From Diadema antillarum (Eukaryota): 64,000 nucleotides of DNA. Positions 1 to 13,000 of this stretch are shown here, in pieces. The notes beneath the pieces are model-generated. The model was not told the DNA's origin. It worked only from the letters and a program-made list of their open reading frames with translations, and did no database searches. The DNA lies in assembly GCF_040938485.1 (NCBI RefSeq), contig NW_027272118.1, forward strand, positions 620,001 through 684,000. Direction: 5' to 3'. A program made the position numbers and the translations under genes. Positions within the stretch are counted from its first letter, which is position 1, and each line of letters opens with the position of its first letter.

Positions 1-44
1 GTGCGTTTTTTTAATTACTAAGCATCTGTCGCAAATCTCATTTG

Positions 45-50
45 TTTATT
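45..50 (-). terminator. Candidate polyadenylation signal AATAAA for the NKCC gene
   Basis: TTTATT on the + strand about 820 nt past the stop codon; no transcript support. Confidence 0.25.
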
Positions 51-117
51 GTCAAGTTGTATTGGAAAAATAAAACAAACAAACTCAGAATACTGGACAC
101 ATGCTCTGTATTCCCGT

Positions 118-119
118 AG

Positions 120-162
<43 letters not shown>

Positions 163-216
163 CGTCGTTGTTGTCGCCATCGTCGTCGTCATCATCGTCA
201 TCATCATCGTTGTTGT
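118..216. repeat. Compound (GTT)n/(GTC,CAT)n microsatellite in the probable 3' UTR
   Basis: Direct reading. Confidence 0.95.
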
Positions 217-873
217 TTAAAATTGGGTGTACAGACTACTACAGAGTACTGCACCAGCACACTGTCTATATCAAAACAACCTTGCCTGGTACTTTCATCA
301 GAACGTGGCATACTACTGGTACACCTCACAGGATTGAAAAGATTGCTCTGCACGCAGCCACACAATGTTTCAGCTCACCCTTCCACTCAATCCACTGCTC
401 AATTTCTTTGAATCAACTGTACCCTGTAGATTGGAATTTGTTTAGCTTTAGCGATACATGCGCTTTACATAATCTAAACCACAAATAAAAAAATAAAAAC
501 AAAGGACAAAAGTCCTAGGTATGCTCAAACAGCTACAGACTGTAGCTGTCTGCTAGCCAAGTTGTACCCTGTACCAAATAATTATACTAAGATACTCTTC
601 GTTGCTACAACATTCATCTCACCACAAATTTGATGATCAGAAAACTTATAAGGTAAGCAGAAACAAGCAATTTGTGCATGATAGGTAGCAAGAAATCTAA
701 GTTGCTCTGTGAATGCTGTCACAGTAGACACACAGGAGACATCTTGCCATGCAGGTATCTCAGTTGTTTTGGTCCTCTAATTGCAATGCCAGGCATTTAT
801 GCCTATGAAGCCTGATGATAGGGTAGAGCGGTGGTACAATCAATCGGCATTCTCCTGGGGCATAGGTTGGCCA

Positions 874-1009
874 CTATGAGTAATAGGTCAGCACACTGGT
901 CTGGTTGCCACGCATCAGCAGCATGGGGGGGAGGTCGTCGGAGAGCACTTCCAGCCAGCTCATGTACATGATGGGCGGACAGAGCTCCTTGCGAGGCATC
1001 GGCAGGGAC
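874..1009 (-). CDS. SLC12A2: NKCC last coding exon 24 (136 nt including TAG)
   Basis: TCTTCAG|[44 protein letters not shown]. Confidence 0.95.
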
Positions 1010-4000
1010 CTGAAGAGGGGTGGGCGGGGGAGGAGCAAGCATTGCTTCATGAGGAACAATATTACACTTCTGTCACTTCAAAAGAGCACAATAGGTAATG
1101 TTACATTGTAAGGCAAAACCTATGAAAACAATGATCGAATCATTACAGTCATGGTGACGATTATTGTATCATTTCATTAAAGCCAAAAAGAAATAGGAAA
1201 GGAAAAGAGAGACAACAAAAAAATCAAAAGAAGCAAAGCAGCAAAGGCAAATAAAAAAGAGAAAAATCCAAACACAACACTTATCTTATCGTACTGCTTG
1301 GAGATTTACTCAACACATTTGGAACATTTCACAGGGACAGGTGATTATCATTGCATTGGCCTTACAAAGATAAAACATTTAAGTTTTTCACATGAATTGT
1401 GTGGTGGCATATCAGACACAGAAATATTTTGGCCCTGTGCCATGAGGCTCTGTGCAATAATCTGCAGCTTCATATTACTGCACACACCATGGCAACAGGT
1501 GGGCGTAAGGTCTGTGACCACTGCAGACACTGCCATGGTGAGCGTAAGGTCTGCATGTTTGCAAGTGCTTTATTGATAGAGAAACCTCATCTGCTAATTG
1601 CAAGTAATGTTTAATATATCTGCACAGCATTGCATGATAGATCAATGGAGAGTCATTGTAAAGCTGATATAACAGAAGTTATTATAATCAAGAAAACGGC
1701 AACAATGTATACAGCAATGCTGCACACTGGCACTGGTCCGACGATCCCTGACCAGTATAAAATCACTGTCGGACCAGTAACTTTTTCAGGAATGGACCAG
1801 TAAAAAAATAGAAAACCTGGATACCTACTGGTCCGACAGACAGGTTGGACCAGTAGAAAAAAAGGGTTAAGTGTGCAGCGCTGTAATACAGATATTCACC
1901 CTTAATTTAATCAAGGTCAGAGTGTTTCAGATTTTCATCAAAGACAAGGCACTAACTATCTAGATCTAATTTTTATCACCTCTTCACTTTGTTTCAAAGA
2001 ATTTGGATCTGTTATTGTTGCTAAAACTGAACATTACGCAGGGCTCAACACCAACCTTTTTCTCTGGTGGCCCCTTCGGCTACTAAAATCTTATAAAGTT
2101 GCAAATTTGGTGGCCTGAAAAAAAGAAATGCAATGGCATGAAATAAAAGGAACACAGCAAATCATTTTGAAATGTAGTTTCCCGATCGGGCCACCAGGCC
2201 ACTGCTAATGCTAGTGGTGGTTTATCCATCTCAGAAAGCATCCCCAAACAGACCCCAGAGTATCAATGCTACAAGCTTTTTTCAGAGCACACATGCAACT
2301 GTAATGAATGGGTGAATATGTTTGAACTCACATGACAATCAGCGAGGCATTCCTGGAGTGTTCTTCCAGCAGTTCCCTCAGCCGGATCTGCCTCATGGTC
2401 TGCAGGACAAAAGAGGATGTAGATTCTGTAACTACTAGGGCAGCACAAGGCGTGATTCAGCAGGATGTGGCTCGTAAATGTAAATATTACCCCCCCCCNN
2501 NNNNNNNNNNNNNNNNNNNNNNNNNNNNNNNNNNNNNNNNNNNNNNNNNNNNNNNNNNNNNNNNNNNNNNNNNNNNNNNNNNNNNNNNNNNNNNNNNNNN
2601 NNNNNNNNNNNNNNNNNNNNNNNNNNNNNNNNNNNNNNNNNNNNNCTTCAGAGCAACAAACTCAAATCCACTGATCTCACAACAAACAAATCACCTTTGC
2701 TATGCCTTCCTTTAACACTTTAGTACTCTCTGGCATAGCTGTTTCACCAGTGAATAAAAAATGAATTTGTTATGAAGTTATTTCAAATGGAGAGACCAAA
2801 ATTGGGAAGTTGTGAGGCATTGACATCATCATCTAATTTGCATATGTGACTCTGATTGGCACCTATACTCCTGTAGAAATCACAATAAATTTTCTTTAAC
2901 ATTCTAATTTCTTATTTCTTGTTCAATTTAAAAAAAAAAAATTCTCAAAATCTTTTTCTTTAATTTCACTCAATTTATTATACACTGACTAGAACTCCAG
3001 GTCTGCTAACATTCCCACATCCAAATCAGGAAGATTCCACACAGCAATCAGGGAGATATCTGTGTGTTACATGCATTTCAATGGGCGAAAATAATCCCAA
3101 ATCAGGGAGATTTTAATATTCTCTTATTCAGACATGAACAGATTTTGATATTTTCAGGGAGAATCCTGCAGAATCAGCGAAACTTGGCAACTCTGGAACA
3201 GAGGGAAGAGTTTTCTCTTTACTGTAGTGAAATCCTTGCATCCTTTCCCTGTGGATCTCACCTTCTCCTTCAAAGATTCCACGTTGGCCTCTGTGATCTT
3301 CCAGGGATGCGACTTAGGGTCTTCGTCATCTTTCAACAGCCATGGTCTGATGAGGTTGTTGAACTTCTCTATACTGTAGAGATCAAGCAAAATGTAACAC
3401 ATAGACAGAACACATACTTACATTTTGTTATATTCCTTCTCTTGTTTTGTTTTATTTGTTTTTCTTTTTGTTTTTTCCACACAGGAAACTCCCAGTATGT
3501 GACAATGTCACACACACACTAGCAGCCTACTTTAATAGCGATCATTTGATGTTCCAGCATATTAGCAATTCATAGTAGCATTTGGCAGAGTAAATGGAAA
3601 TATATAAGTGTAAGAGCTACAGATTGTACACTATACTTCAGGATATTGTGTAGTCAATTTGTATTAAAGACTTGCTGTCGTGGTGAATTACATTAGCAGC
3701 AACTACTATGGCAAAGAGTAAAAATCCTCAAATCTGATCAGTATGTTGCAATGGCAGCTGACATTACAGTAAATGACCATGGCAAGAAGTCGTACTGGCA
3801 ATAATGGCCTCTGGCTATGGGTGCATTTGAGCACTCTCCTAAAGATGTACCATACCGCACCGAATCCTCGCCAAAGGAGCATTCAAATGCTCCCAAAGTG
3901 TATCATACTATACCATACGGAACCAAAAGTGGACCACTTTCTAATGTGCTCCAAAAGTGTACCATACCATGCCATGCCATGCCAGAGAGCGCTCAAAACA

Positions 4001-7000
4001 AAGTAGTCCAAAATATATGTTGATATGAGAAGAATGTGTGTACAATAATAATACAAAGAGTCAATTCTCTATGTTACGGACACCTGTATGTAGCCTACAT
4101 TGTAATCACGCTACCACGTACGTGACTATGCTGGTTGCTACAAAACCTGTTACCCATCTGACCGGAGTCCAAAAATAGCTCATGAGGTACGCTTTTTTCA
4201 CAGAGCACTAGAATGCTCCCAATCTGGCATGGTATGGTACAGTAAAGGTATGGATCAGTTTGCTTCAGCTCTGTTCATGGAGCGCTCAAATGCGGCCTAA
4301 GAAGGAGGCCCTTAAGGGTACCTTGCTGCCGAAGGCTTCTTGCTGATGTCTGGGATGATTGTCACGCTGTCATGAGGAATGCGGAACTTGCTCAGCATGT
4401 TGGCCATACTGTAGAAAAACAAACACACAGACACAAATGTCATCAAAGACAGACACGCAATGTGGCTTCATTTTGTACATTCCTGACTGATGAACCCCCT
4501 GAAAACGAAAAGAAAAGAAATATGCCCCAAAGTTAAAAACTGTCTTCTATCATTTGGCACATTGTAAAATACATCAATCAGCATTACACTTTTTTTTTTT
4601 TGTCTATTAAAGGTACTGGTTTAGATCCATTTAAATATTCTAGTTCTAGGTAATCACTGTCTATTATCTAGTCAAGAAAGTAAAGATCACGTCTTGAGGA
4701 TATAAGGCAAAACTTTCAGGTGACTTAATGATCATGTTAATTTCATAAATTCACTTGTACAGAATAGCACAGCAATTCTCTCTGATTATTATCTCCAAGA
4801 TATGCTGTACTGATCAAATATCATTTGTCATCATCCTTCATTGTGTAATAAAGCTGCCAAATTGATTATTATCCTAATGGCCTACACAAAGGCTCCATGT
4901 AACCACCCCCTCCTGAATAGTTAAAAAAAAAAAAAAAAACTTTGTTCAATAGTATTTCACAAAAGAAGTAAAAACAACAAAAACAACAAACCATTCACAA
5001 TGCTCTATTTTGATACCCTGTCATTCAATGACACCAGTATCAACAATCATAGAGAAACAGGAAACAATAATTGGAAAGCATTAAACCTTCCTTTCGGTGG
5101 TAACAAAAAGTGGTCTGGGGATGGACTTACTTGCGTTTCTCATGGTCCATCCGCTCTTTCTTGCCACTGGCAAACACCCTCATCTTGCACTTCTGCCAGT
5201 TGGACTTCTGGGTCAGTAGATGGGGCAGCAGGAGGGTCAAACCTGGTCAGTGGCACAAATGGAGGGGTCAGTGAATGTGTGAGTCTTTCATTAATCTCAT
5301 ACTGCACACTATTTTCTGTGAAGCAGCACATGCACACAACTATCCATTTCATTCTTCTATGGACCCATCCACTATCCTACACTATCTACCAGCAACTATC
5401 TATCCATACATCAATCTGGCTATTTTTAGTTTAACTTTCATAGATCCACCCATTCAGCCTGTTGTCCATCAATACACTATCATCCATTCATCCAATCTTT
5501 CATGCATCCTTCAATTTATCCAATCATTCATTATCCTGCCAACACTAAATCTAATCAACAATCTATTTACCCATCCACTCATAATACATCATCATCATCA
5601 TTATCACCATCGTCGTCATCATCATCATCATCATCATCATCGTCATCGTCATCATTATCATCGTCATCATCATCATCCATGAATTCCCATCACCCCAAGA
5701 ACCCACCTCCATCGTCAAAGAGCCACCAGACGTCGATGGTCCCCTTTGGCTGCTTGCCCAGGAACTTCTGCGTGGTCTTGATGACGGGGTCAATCTGCAT
5801 GTTTCGCACCAGCTTCTCGCTGGTCAGCAGGGGTCGCGTCTGGTCCGGCTGGCCATTCATGTCAGCGTCCGAGTTCTGGACCAGTGCGGACGACTCTCGA
5901 GCCTCTTTCTCTGTCACCCCTCCCACTGCCCCGTCCTGCTCGGCTTTGTCTCTTTCGGTCTCATCAGTTACCGTGATGGTCGGGGTGGTGACGTCATTCT
6001 CACCTGGTTTATGTGAGATGGAACAAGTTACAAGGTGTGATCACATGCTTGAGGTGTCATCAGCATGAGACTGGGATGTGTTTGCTACAACTGTCTAAAT
6101 ATATATGATATATAAAATATATCATATCAATTCATTTTGAATGTCATAAAATTTCACTTAAGTAAGACTTTCAGCACAATTTTAGTTCATCTTTGTAATC
6201 ATGCAGTGGCTATTTTCCCAAATTTAAATCAGCTATTCTCACAAGCCATTCCTACAGAGCCGATGAAACAAGAATATCGACATTAAAATTTCAGGTATAT
6301 TACAAACATATTGATAATAGAAAAACAAGAAATAGACAAATGAAAGTCATTTAAACCTGCTAAGGACGGGCTGATTTTGCTACAACACGCATTTCCCATA
6401 GACTCCTGCCCGAGTATACTCGGGACTCGTCCTCAACGGGTAAAGTATGACATGCCTTTAAAGATCCCCAACCATCACTGAGGGTTTGTAAAGAATCATG
6501 GTCAGTTTTGACAAATAAAATTCACAAAAAAATAATAAAATCGCTGCACTCATATGCTACACAAGTTTACATAATTTTCCTACAGTGTTGGGCGCAGATT
6601 CACTCAGACCTGATAGTCCTGAATTTTGTGACATAACAGACTTTTAAATAATTTCTTGAATTTTATGCACTGCGTGCTAGGGATGGGAGCAATCCTTCAT
6701 ACAGCACAATTGGATTTTGAATACCAGAAGTCTCATCTTGACCCATGAAATTTGACTTATGGCTGCACTACAACGCTGATAGATATAATCTACAGCATCC
6801 ATCAAATAATTAATTTTTTTTAAAGCATCTCCAAGATGAAGTATGCTGTTTTTGTTTGTTGTTGTTTTTTTTTGAAAGAAAACATTACACAGCAACATCA
6901 AAATGCACATTTTCTTGTTTTCAAACCAAACCTATTTATTATACCTGACCTGCTCATGAAAACATCTACTATATTAAAATTCTGAGGTTTCAAAAAGCAG

Positions 7001-10000
7001 CACTTCTTCTTCTGCACAACTGGTATAGAATTATTTTACAGGTATCCCCACTTATCCAGAATTGCTTTGAATTGAACTACAATCAGCGTTTAATGGTCTA
7101 CATTGCTACAGTACTTGAGAACGATGATTCACTAACCTTTGACCTCTTCCTTTGTGGCACTGGGATCTTCTTTTTCAAAGTTGAGGGCAGCAGACACATC
7201 GACTCCCTCCTTCAGTCTCAGAATGCACACACCCAGCTCTAGGTCAAAGGCATCGCTAGAAAGATACAAGGAGCATCATACATTTGTGCTGGTGCATATA
7301 GGTCCTCACTAACCTGCTGAAGCTTAGACCCAAGTGTACTATTAAGGCAGGTGTCCACGATATACACATATCATAGGAAAATCAGCTCGTCCTCAACGGA
7401 TCAATGTTTGCTGGTAAGGAAGTTCCTTAAAATTTTGTTTTCTGCCTCTAGCCAGCCATTCTGGTCTCCCATTGCATCCTTGTAAACAGATCCTGCCTAT
7501 GACAATTGCAAGAGCTGAAGACCTCAATTCCCACTTGATTTACAGCTCTGGCTACTAGGTCCAAAAGCCATTATCACTCACCTTATGACCAGGGGAAATG
7601 CAACACTGTTTTTCTGTCATTACAATCACGCAAGACTCGAATGTGATGCAATATGTAATACTACGTGCTTATCTACATTTTTATGACAAAGTCACGGTGT
7701 GGTGAGTGTTGGTGCAATTCAATATCTGACACATCAAAAATTTTTATCATTTTATTTCAGCACTTAATCAACATAATTAATGCACATTAATGCATATTGC
7801 ATATTAGAATACATCTGGGAATAAGGCCCTGTTTCATAAAGCTGTTCATAAAGTTACGCACGACTTTACGGACGACTTAAATATGGCAAGCCAAGCGGGT
7901 TTCCTAATCATTGTTGATTTCAATAGCTAAAGTTGAAATCTGCAGATGATAGTGATTATTCAAATATTTTAACACACATTTTTAGTTGAAAGTGTATTTT
8001 TGCCCCAATGTGCAATGTAAATGAAATATTGACATACAGTCGTACTTTGCTAAAACGTAAGGGGAAAAAAATGGGCACATGTATTAGCACTTCATATTTC
8101 AGTCGTTCATAAAGTCATGCGTAACTTTACGAACAGCTTTATGAAACAGGGTCCAGGAATGAAATAGACTCACTGTATAATACCCTGATAGTCCAAGACA
8201 TCCTCGATCTTACATGTTTTCCAGTCCCTCTTGAAGCCCATGAAGATCGTATTTGGACGAATCTTGCCCAGGCCTCCAAGCTTCGGTGAGAACAAAGGCA
8301 AAACCAGGATATCAATAAGCTTCCAACTGGGATTTTACAATTTAATCTTTATCATCATAATCATCATTACAATCAAAATTTTGTTACATCATATCAATAG
8401 ACAAGCAACCCAGTACTGTAAAAGTGGTTTCTTTCGCGTACAGATACTTTCGTGGTTTCCATCGGTGCCGACTTTTTCGCATGTGTTTAAATTCACGGTC
8501 GGCAAAATCTGTCTTATTTTGCACATGAAAACCCAAACTATAATCCAATTATTCTTTTATTTATTAAATAGAAATGGAAATTAAAGGGGAAGGCTAGTAA
8601 CTGATCAGTGGGAATCAGTGGAAATGCTGGGAGATGATTGTTCCAATCCTTATGGGATTCATTCAAGAGTACATTGTATATCTATTGTTGTGTGAAAATT
8701 ATTTGCTTCAGAATGGTCTCATATTCAAGTGATGTGCAGTTGAATGCCCCGTCACTGACCAGGGACGCTTACCTAGAAACATTAAACTGCACATTACTTG
8801 AATATGAGACCATTCTGAAGAAAATAATTTTCACACAACAATAGATATAATAATGTACTCTTGAATGAATCCCATAAGGATTGGAACAATCATCTCCCAG
8901 CATTTCCACTGATTCCCACTGATCAGTTACTAGCCTTCCCCTTTAAATGCAGGCTTACCTGAAATCCCGTCTCTCGAGTACTTTATAACATGCTTGTAAA
9001 GCTGTAATATCCATAATGCACGGAATCTTCATGTGTGCATGCGCGCAGTTTAGCGTTGCAACAAGCGGCGAATTCAAAACATTTCCCTGCGTGGTTGATT
9101 TCGCACAACTTTTCAAAACATTTTCGCGTGATGTTAAATTTGCGGTTCAACCTCAAAGCGCGAAAAGCGCGAAAATAAAACCACCACGAAAGAAACCACT
9201 TTTACAGTACCTCCTGTAATACAGATTAGTGCTTGAAATGCAAAGATCTATGGTAACAGATCAGCCACAAATACAGTATGTAAATTCACACTGTAATACC
9301 AAATTTATGGCTGATCACTACTAGCAACTGCCACTTCGCCATTTGATGCGACTTGCAAAGGGCCAGCCGTGAAGGTTCTGGTGGTTCTGTTGTGGTAATC
9401 TCTTTTACAATAGATGCCAGACCTGTCACAAATAAGAGGACAAGTCTATAATTTGTCTTGACGTCGCTGATATTAATAAAATGACTAACTTATTCCATCT
9501 TACAAAATGATGAAGACACATGTATGTACATATTGGTAGAATCGTTGAGACATTTGGAATTTCTGAAATATTGATATCACAAAACATTATACAAGAAGAA
9601 AACATATAAGAGTGCAGAATTTGATGCTAAAAATCTGTGCTCATTTGAAAACTAGAATTCTGCCCCTAAAAACCATTTCACCACAACCAAAATAAAATCT
9701 TCCGTGGTCATTCAGAAGTAACCTCACCTGCATAAGTTGCTGGGCTCCTTTTCTCAGTGTTGGTGCAGTGGTGAAGGCGAGGAATGCCTTGATTTTCTTG
9801 TAATTCAACCACTGCTCATACTCCGCAGTCCGTAGCTGTCTGAACACTTGAGACTGCTCTCCCTGGGGGAAAGGACACAAGCAAAAATCACTTTCAGAAT
9901 AACGTATAAAGTTAAAGTATAAAACTTTGTGTCAAATTTGAGAATCTGGAAATTCCTGCTGAAAGGTAGATGAATACCTTATAACGAAGAAAGGTTACAG

Positions 10001-13000
10001 AATATAAAATAAGAAAGTGAAAGATATTGGTTTATGGTTTCTTTATTTCTAGGGAAAGATTGCAATATGTGTAGAAACAGAAAATGACCTTTAATGGTTT
10101 GAAAGTGCCCAATGATGAGAAGTTAGTTATAAACAATGTTCAATGACATAGAGTGGATAAAAATGTATGACAAGGAGTGGTTAGAAATGTAGACAGAAAA
10201 GGAATGGTTGGAAATGTACAGGTGAGAGGACTAGTTAACCTGTTAAGGACGAATCCCGAGTATACTCGGGCAAGCGTCTATGGGAAATGCGTGTTGTAGC
10301 AACATTACACCGTCCTCGATGGGTTAAGAATGTCAAATGAAAATGACAAGTTAAAGAGACAGGATTGTCTGGATTATCTAAAAAAGTATGACATTCAAGC
10401 ACTGCTTAACCGACAAAAAAAATAAATGAATAAAAAATAAGAGAATAATGACCAGGATTAACTAAAGAATGTAAAGTGACAAGAAAGGCTTAAACCACAT
10501 GATGACAAGCATTAGCTGAAGAGGTTGACGAATGTACATTGTCCCAGAGAGACCAAAGACTGTGGAGTGACCTCAAAAAGAGATTTTGACAGAATGCTTT
10601 CTTACCAGTATGACATTGCCACAGAGCAGCAGACTGGTGTTCTTGGTGATGTGGGAGACAAGATGGAGCATAGCTGGTCTGCAGTTTGGTGGTCCACAGA
10701 GGAGTAGGATCTGAGGTCTGGCAAAAAGACAAAAACCATAGGGAAAACACAAAAAGTGGAGAAATAATAACCACATTAGGACAAAGAAGTCACACCATAG
10801 TAAAGTCAATTGATACATTGTATCATAATGTGGGATCCCCCCTCCCAATTTAAAAAGAAAAAGAAAAAAGGATACAATGCTTCTTCTTCGTCTTCAAATT
10901 CTATTTCTTAGTTGGAGATATTGCTAAGATGCCCAATTACATAGATGCCAAAGATGTCCATGGATTATCTAAGCACATCTGGTGGTTACAATAATCTCGT
11001 AATTATTTCTTCAACTTGTTTTGGTTCCTAATGTTTCGGGAAATACAATTGTATATAATCTGGAACACAGCACTAGCATGAGCAGACTCAATGACACACA
11101 AAAGATGTGATGAAAATAATAAGTTTTCATTATTCACACCTCAGAAGTTCTGACAACAAGGCTGATTTGTACATCACATATATTCTGAATGCATGAATTA
11201 TATCTACGAAGGGGTAAACTCCAGTGTAATTCACCTGTGTCATAGGTATGCTAGTTTGGTCTCAACCCACATGGTCTTATCGTTTTTCATCTACAAAATT
11301 ATTGTGCATAACCACCATCACTTGGTTGAATTACCATTTCATCTAGTTTACCAGTTAGGCTATGCCAATTTTATCTAATATCTAATTGGTCCATTATCAC
11401 CAAGTCTATATTTTAACAGAAAAATGAGGTGGCAATTAGACCATTAGGTGAATGACAATCTGCCAAAGTGACTATTAGACCAAATAGTCATTACATGAAA
11501 TTGAGAGTAAACCAAATGAATTTAGCTGCATTGGTGTTCAGACAATCTGGGAATTAAGCCAACTTGTATGAAACAAAGTGACTACATTGTATAAACCTAT
11601 GAAGGGTATCTTTAGGGGCTAAGCCTAGAAAGAATAACAATACCCACCTGAATGTCTTCACATGTTCTGGCACATTGCCAAGTTTAATAGTCGTCTGCAG
11701 AGCTCGCTTGTACAAAAAGGCTTGGTTGGAAGATCCCCAGTTAATTTCTGTTGGTTAAAAGGATAAAACATTGTCACTTTTTTGTTTGACTCTTGCCATC
11801 TCAACACTTATATTCCTTCCCTTTCACGACGGCACATGTCCTTGGGGAATTACTCTTTATACAGTTCAGCAGGTGATACACAGGGCTAACAACCTTTGCA
11901 GACTGACTAGGTGACTGACTGACTGAATACTGTAAAACGAGGAATATTCACGTGCATTTTAATTTCGCGAATTTCGCGAGAGCCAAGATTTGCGAAATTA
12001 AAATGCACATGATGGTTTTTGTCTACACTATATGCATTGAATGTTAGAGGCAACTCACGAAAATTTCATGGCGAGAAAAAGGCTGTCGGCTCCAATTGGC
12101 GAAAATTTCATGCCACGAAAATGTTGTGTTTTACAGTAACTAGATGATTCATTCACTGACAAACTGGATGACTAACTATGGGTGCGTTTATGCTCAATTT
12201 GTGAAAGCACAATCAGCATTTTGGAATGCTGATTCAAAACGTCGTTCACGGGAGCACAGTTTACGTGTATGCTCACTTTTTTCAAGCATGGGAGAGAACG
12301 TTTGCGATTGCTCTGTCAAATTGAGGTGTGCACTTTCTCAGAAGTTCTGGACTGAGCGCGTGCAATGTTCATGTTTCAACTAGCTTCATGTTTAGCATGT
12401 CTAATACAGTATAATATCATTTTGATTATTTACTGGTACACACACGTAGGCTGTATGTAGACAATGATAGGAAATATGAGTATTTATTTTATCAGCAAAT
12501 TGTTGACAAAATCGTATTGTATTGTAGTGAGGTCTTTATGCATTAACATGTCTGTGTACGTACAGTATGTACCAACAGGGAGCTCAAGCTAAAAAGCACA
12601 GCACCTGCAAATTATACATTTCGCAGCAATCAAAAGGGCGGCACGCCTGGCTTTCACATGAACCGGAAAGGCATTGAGCTGACGTCACTTAAGCACGCAG
12701 GGCCTATATATGTGATTTTGCGTTTATGCTTCCCAATGAAATGTGATTTAATAGGCAGAATTGCTGATCGTAAACGCACCTTTTTGTGTGTTTTGAAACT
12801 GCGTTTTGAAATGGCGCTTATATCAAAATGAGCATGGACGCAACTGTGTTTTGCACTAATCACATTTCAAAACGCGTATTATGGCCCCCAAAAGTTGAGC
12901 ATTACTGCACCCTTATTGACTGATTAGCTGACTGACAGGATGAGAGACTGACAACTGAATAACTGACTGACAAACCACGTGATCAAGTGACATAACAATT

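Noticed and set aside
49-488. Poly-Cys/His and poly-Leu/Ser ORFs (also 5275-6068 and 62079-62301)
   Set aside because: Translations of trinucleotide microsatellites or of the antisense strand of NKCC exons.
7582-7613. Possible cassette exon ending at AAG|GTGAGT in intron 17
   Set aside because: 32 nt (frameshifting), weak pyrimidine tract, and no SLC12 similarity.
9290-9422. Acceptor-like GTGACAG|GTCTGG in intron 16
   Set aside because: Stop after five codons in the required phase and no good donor.
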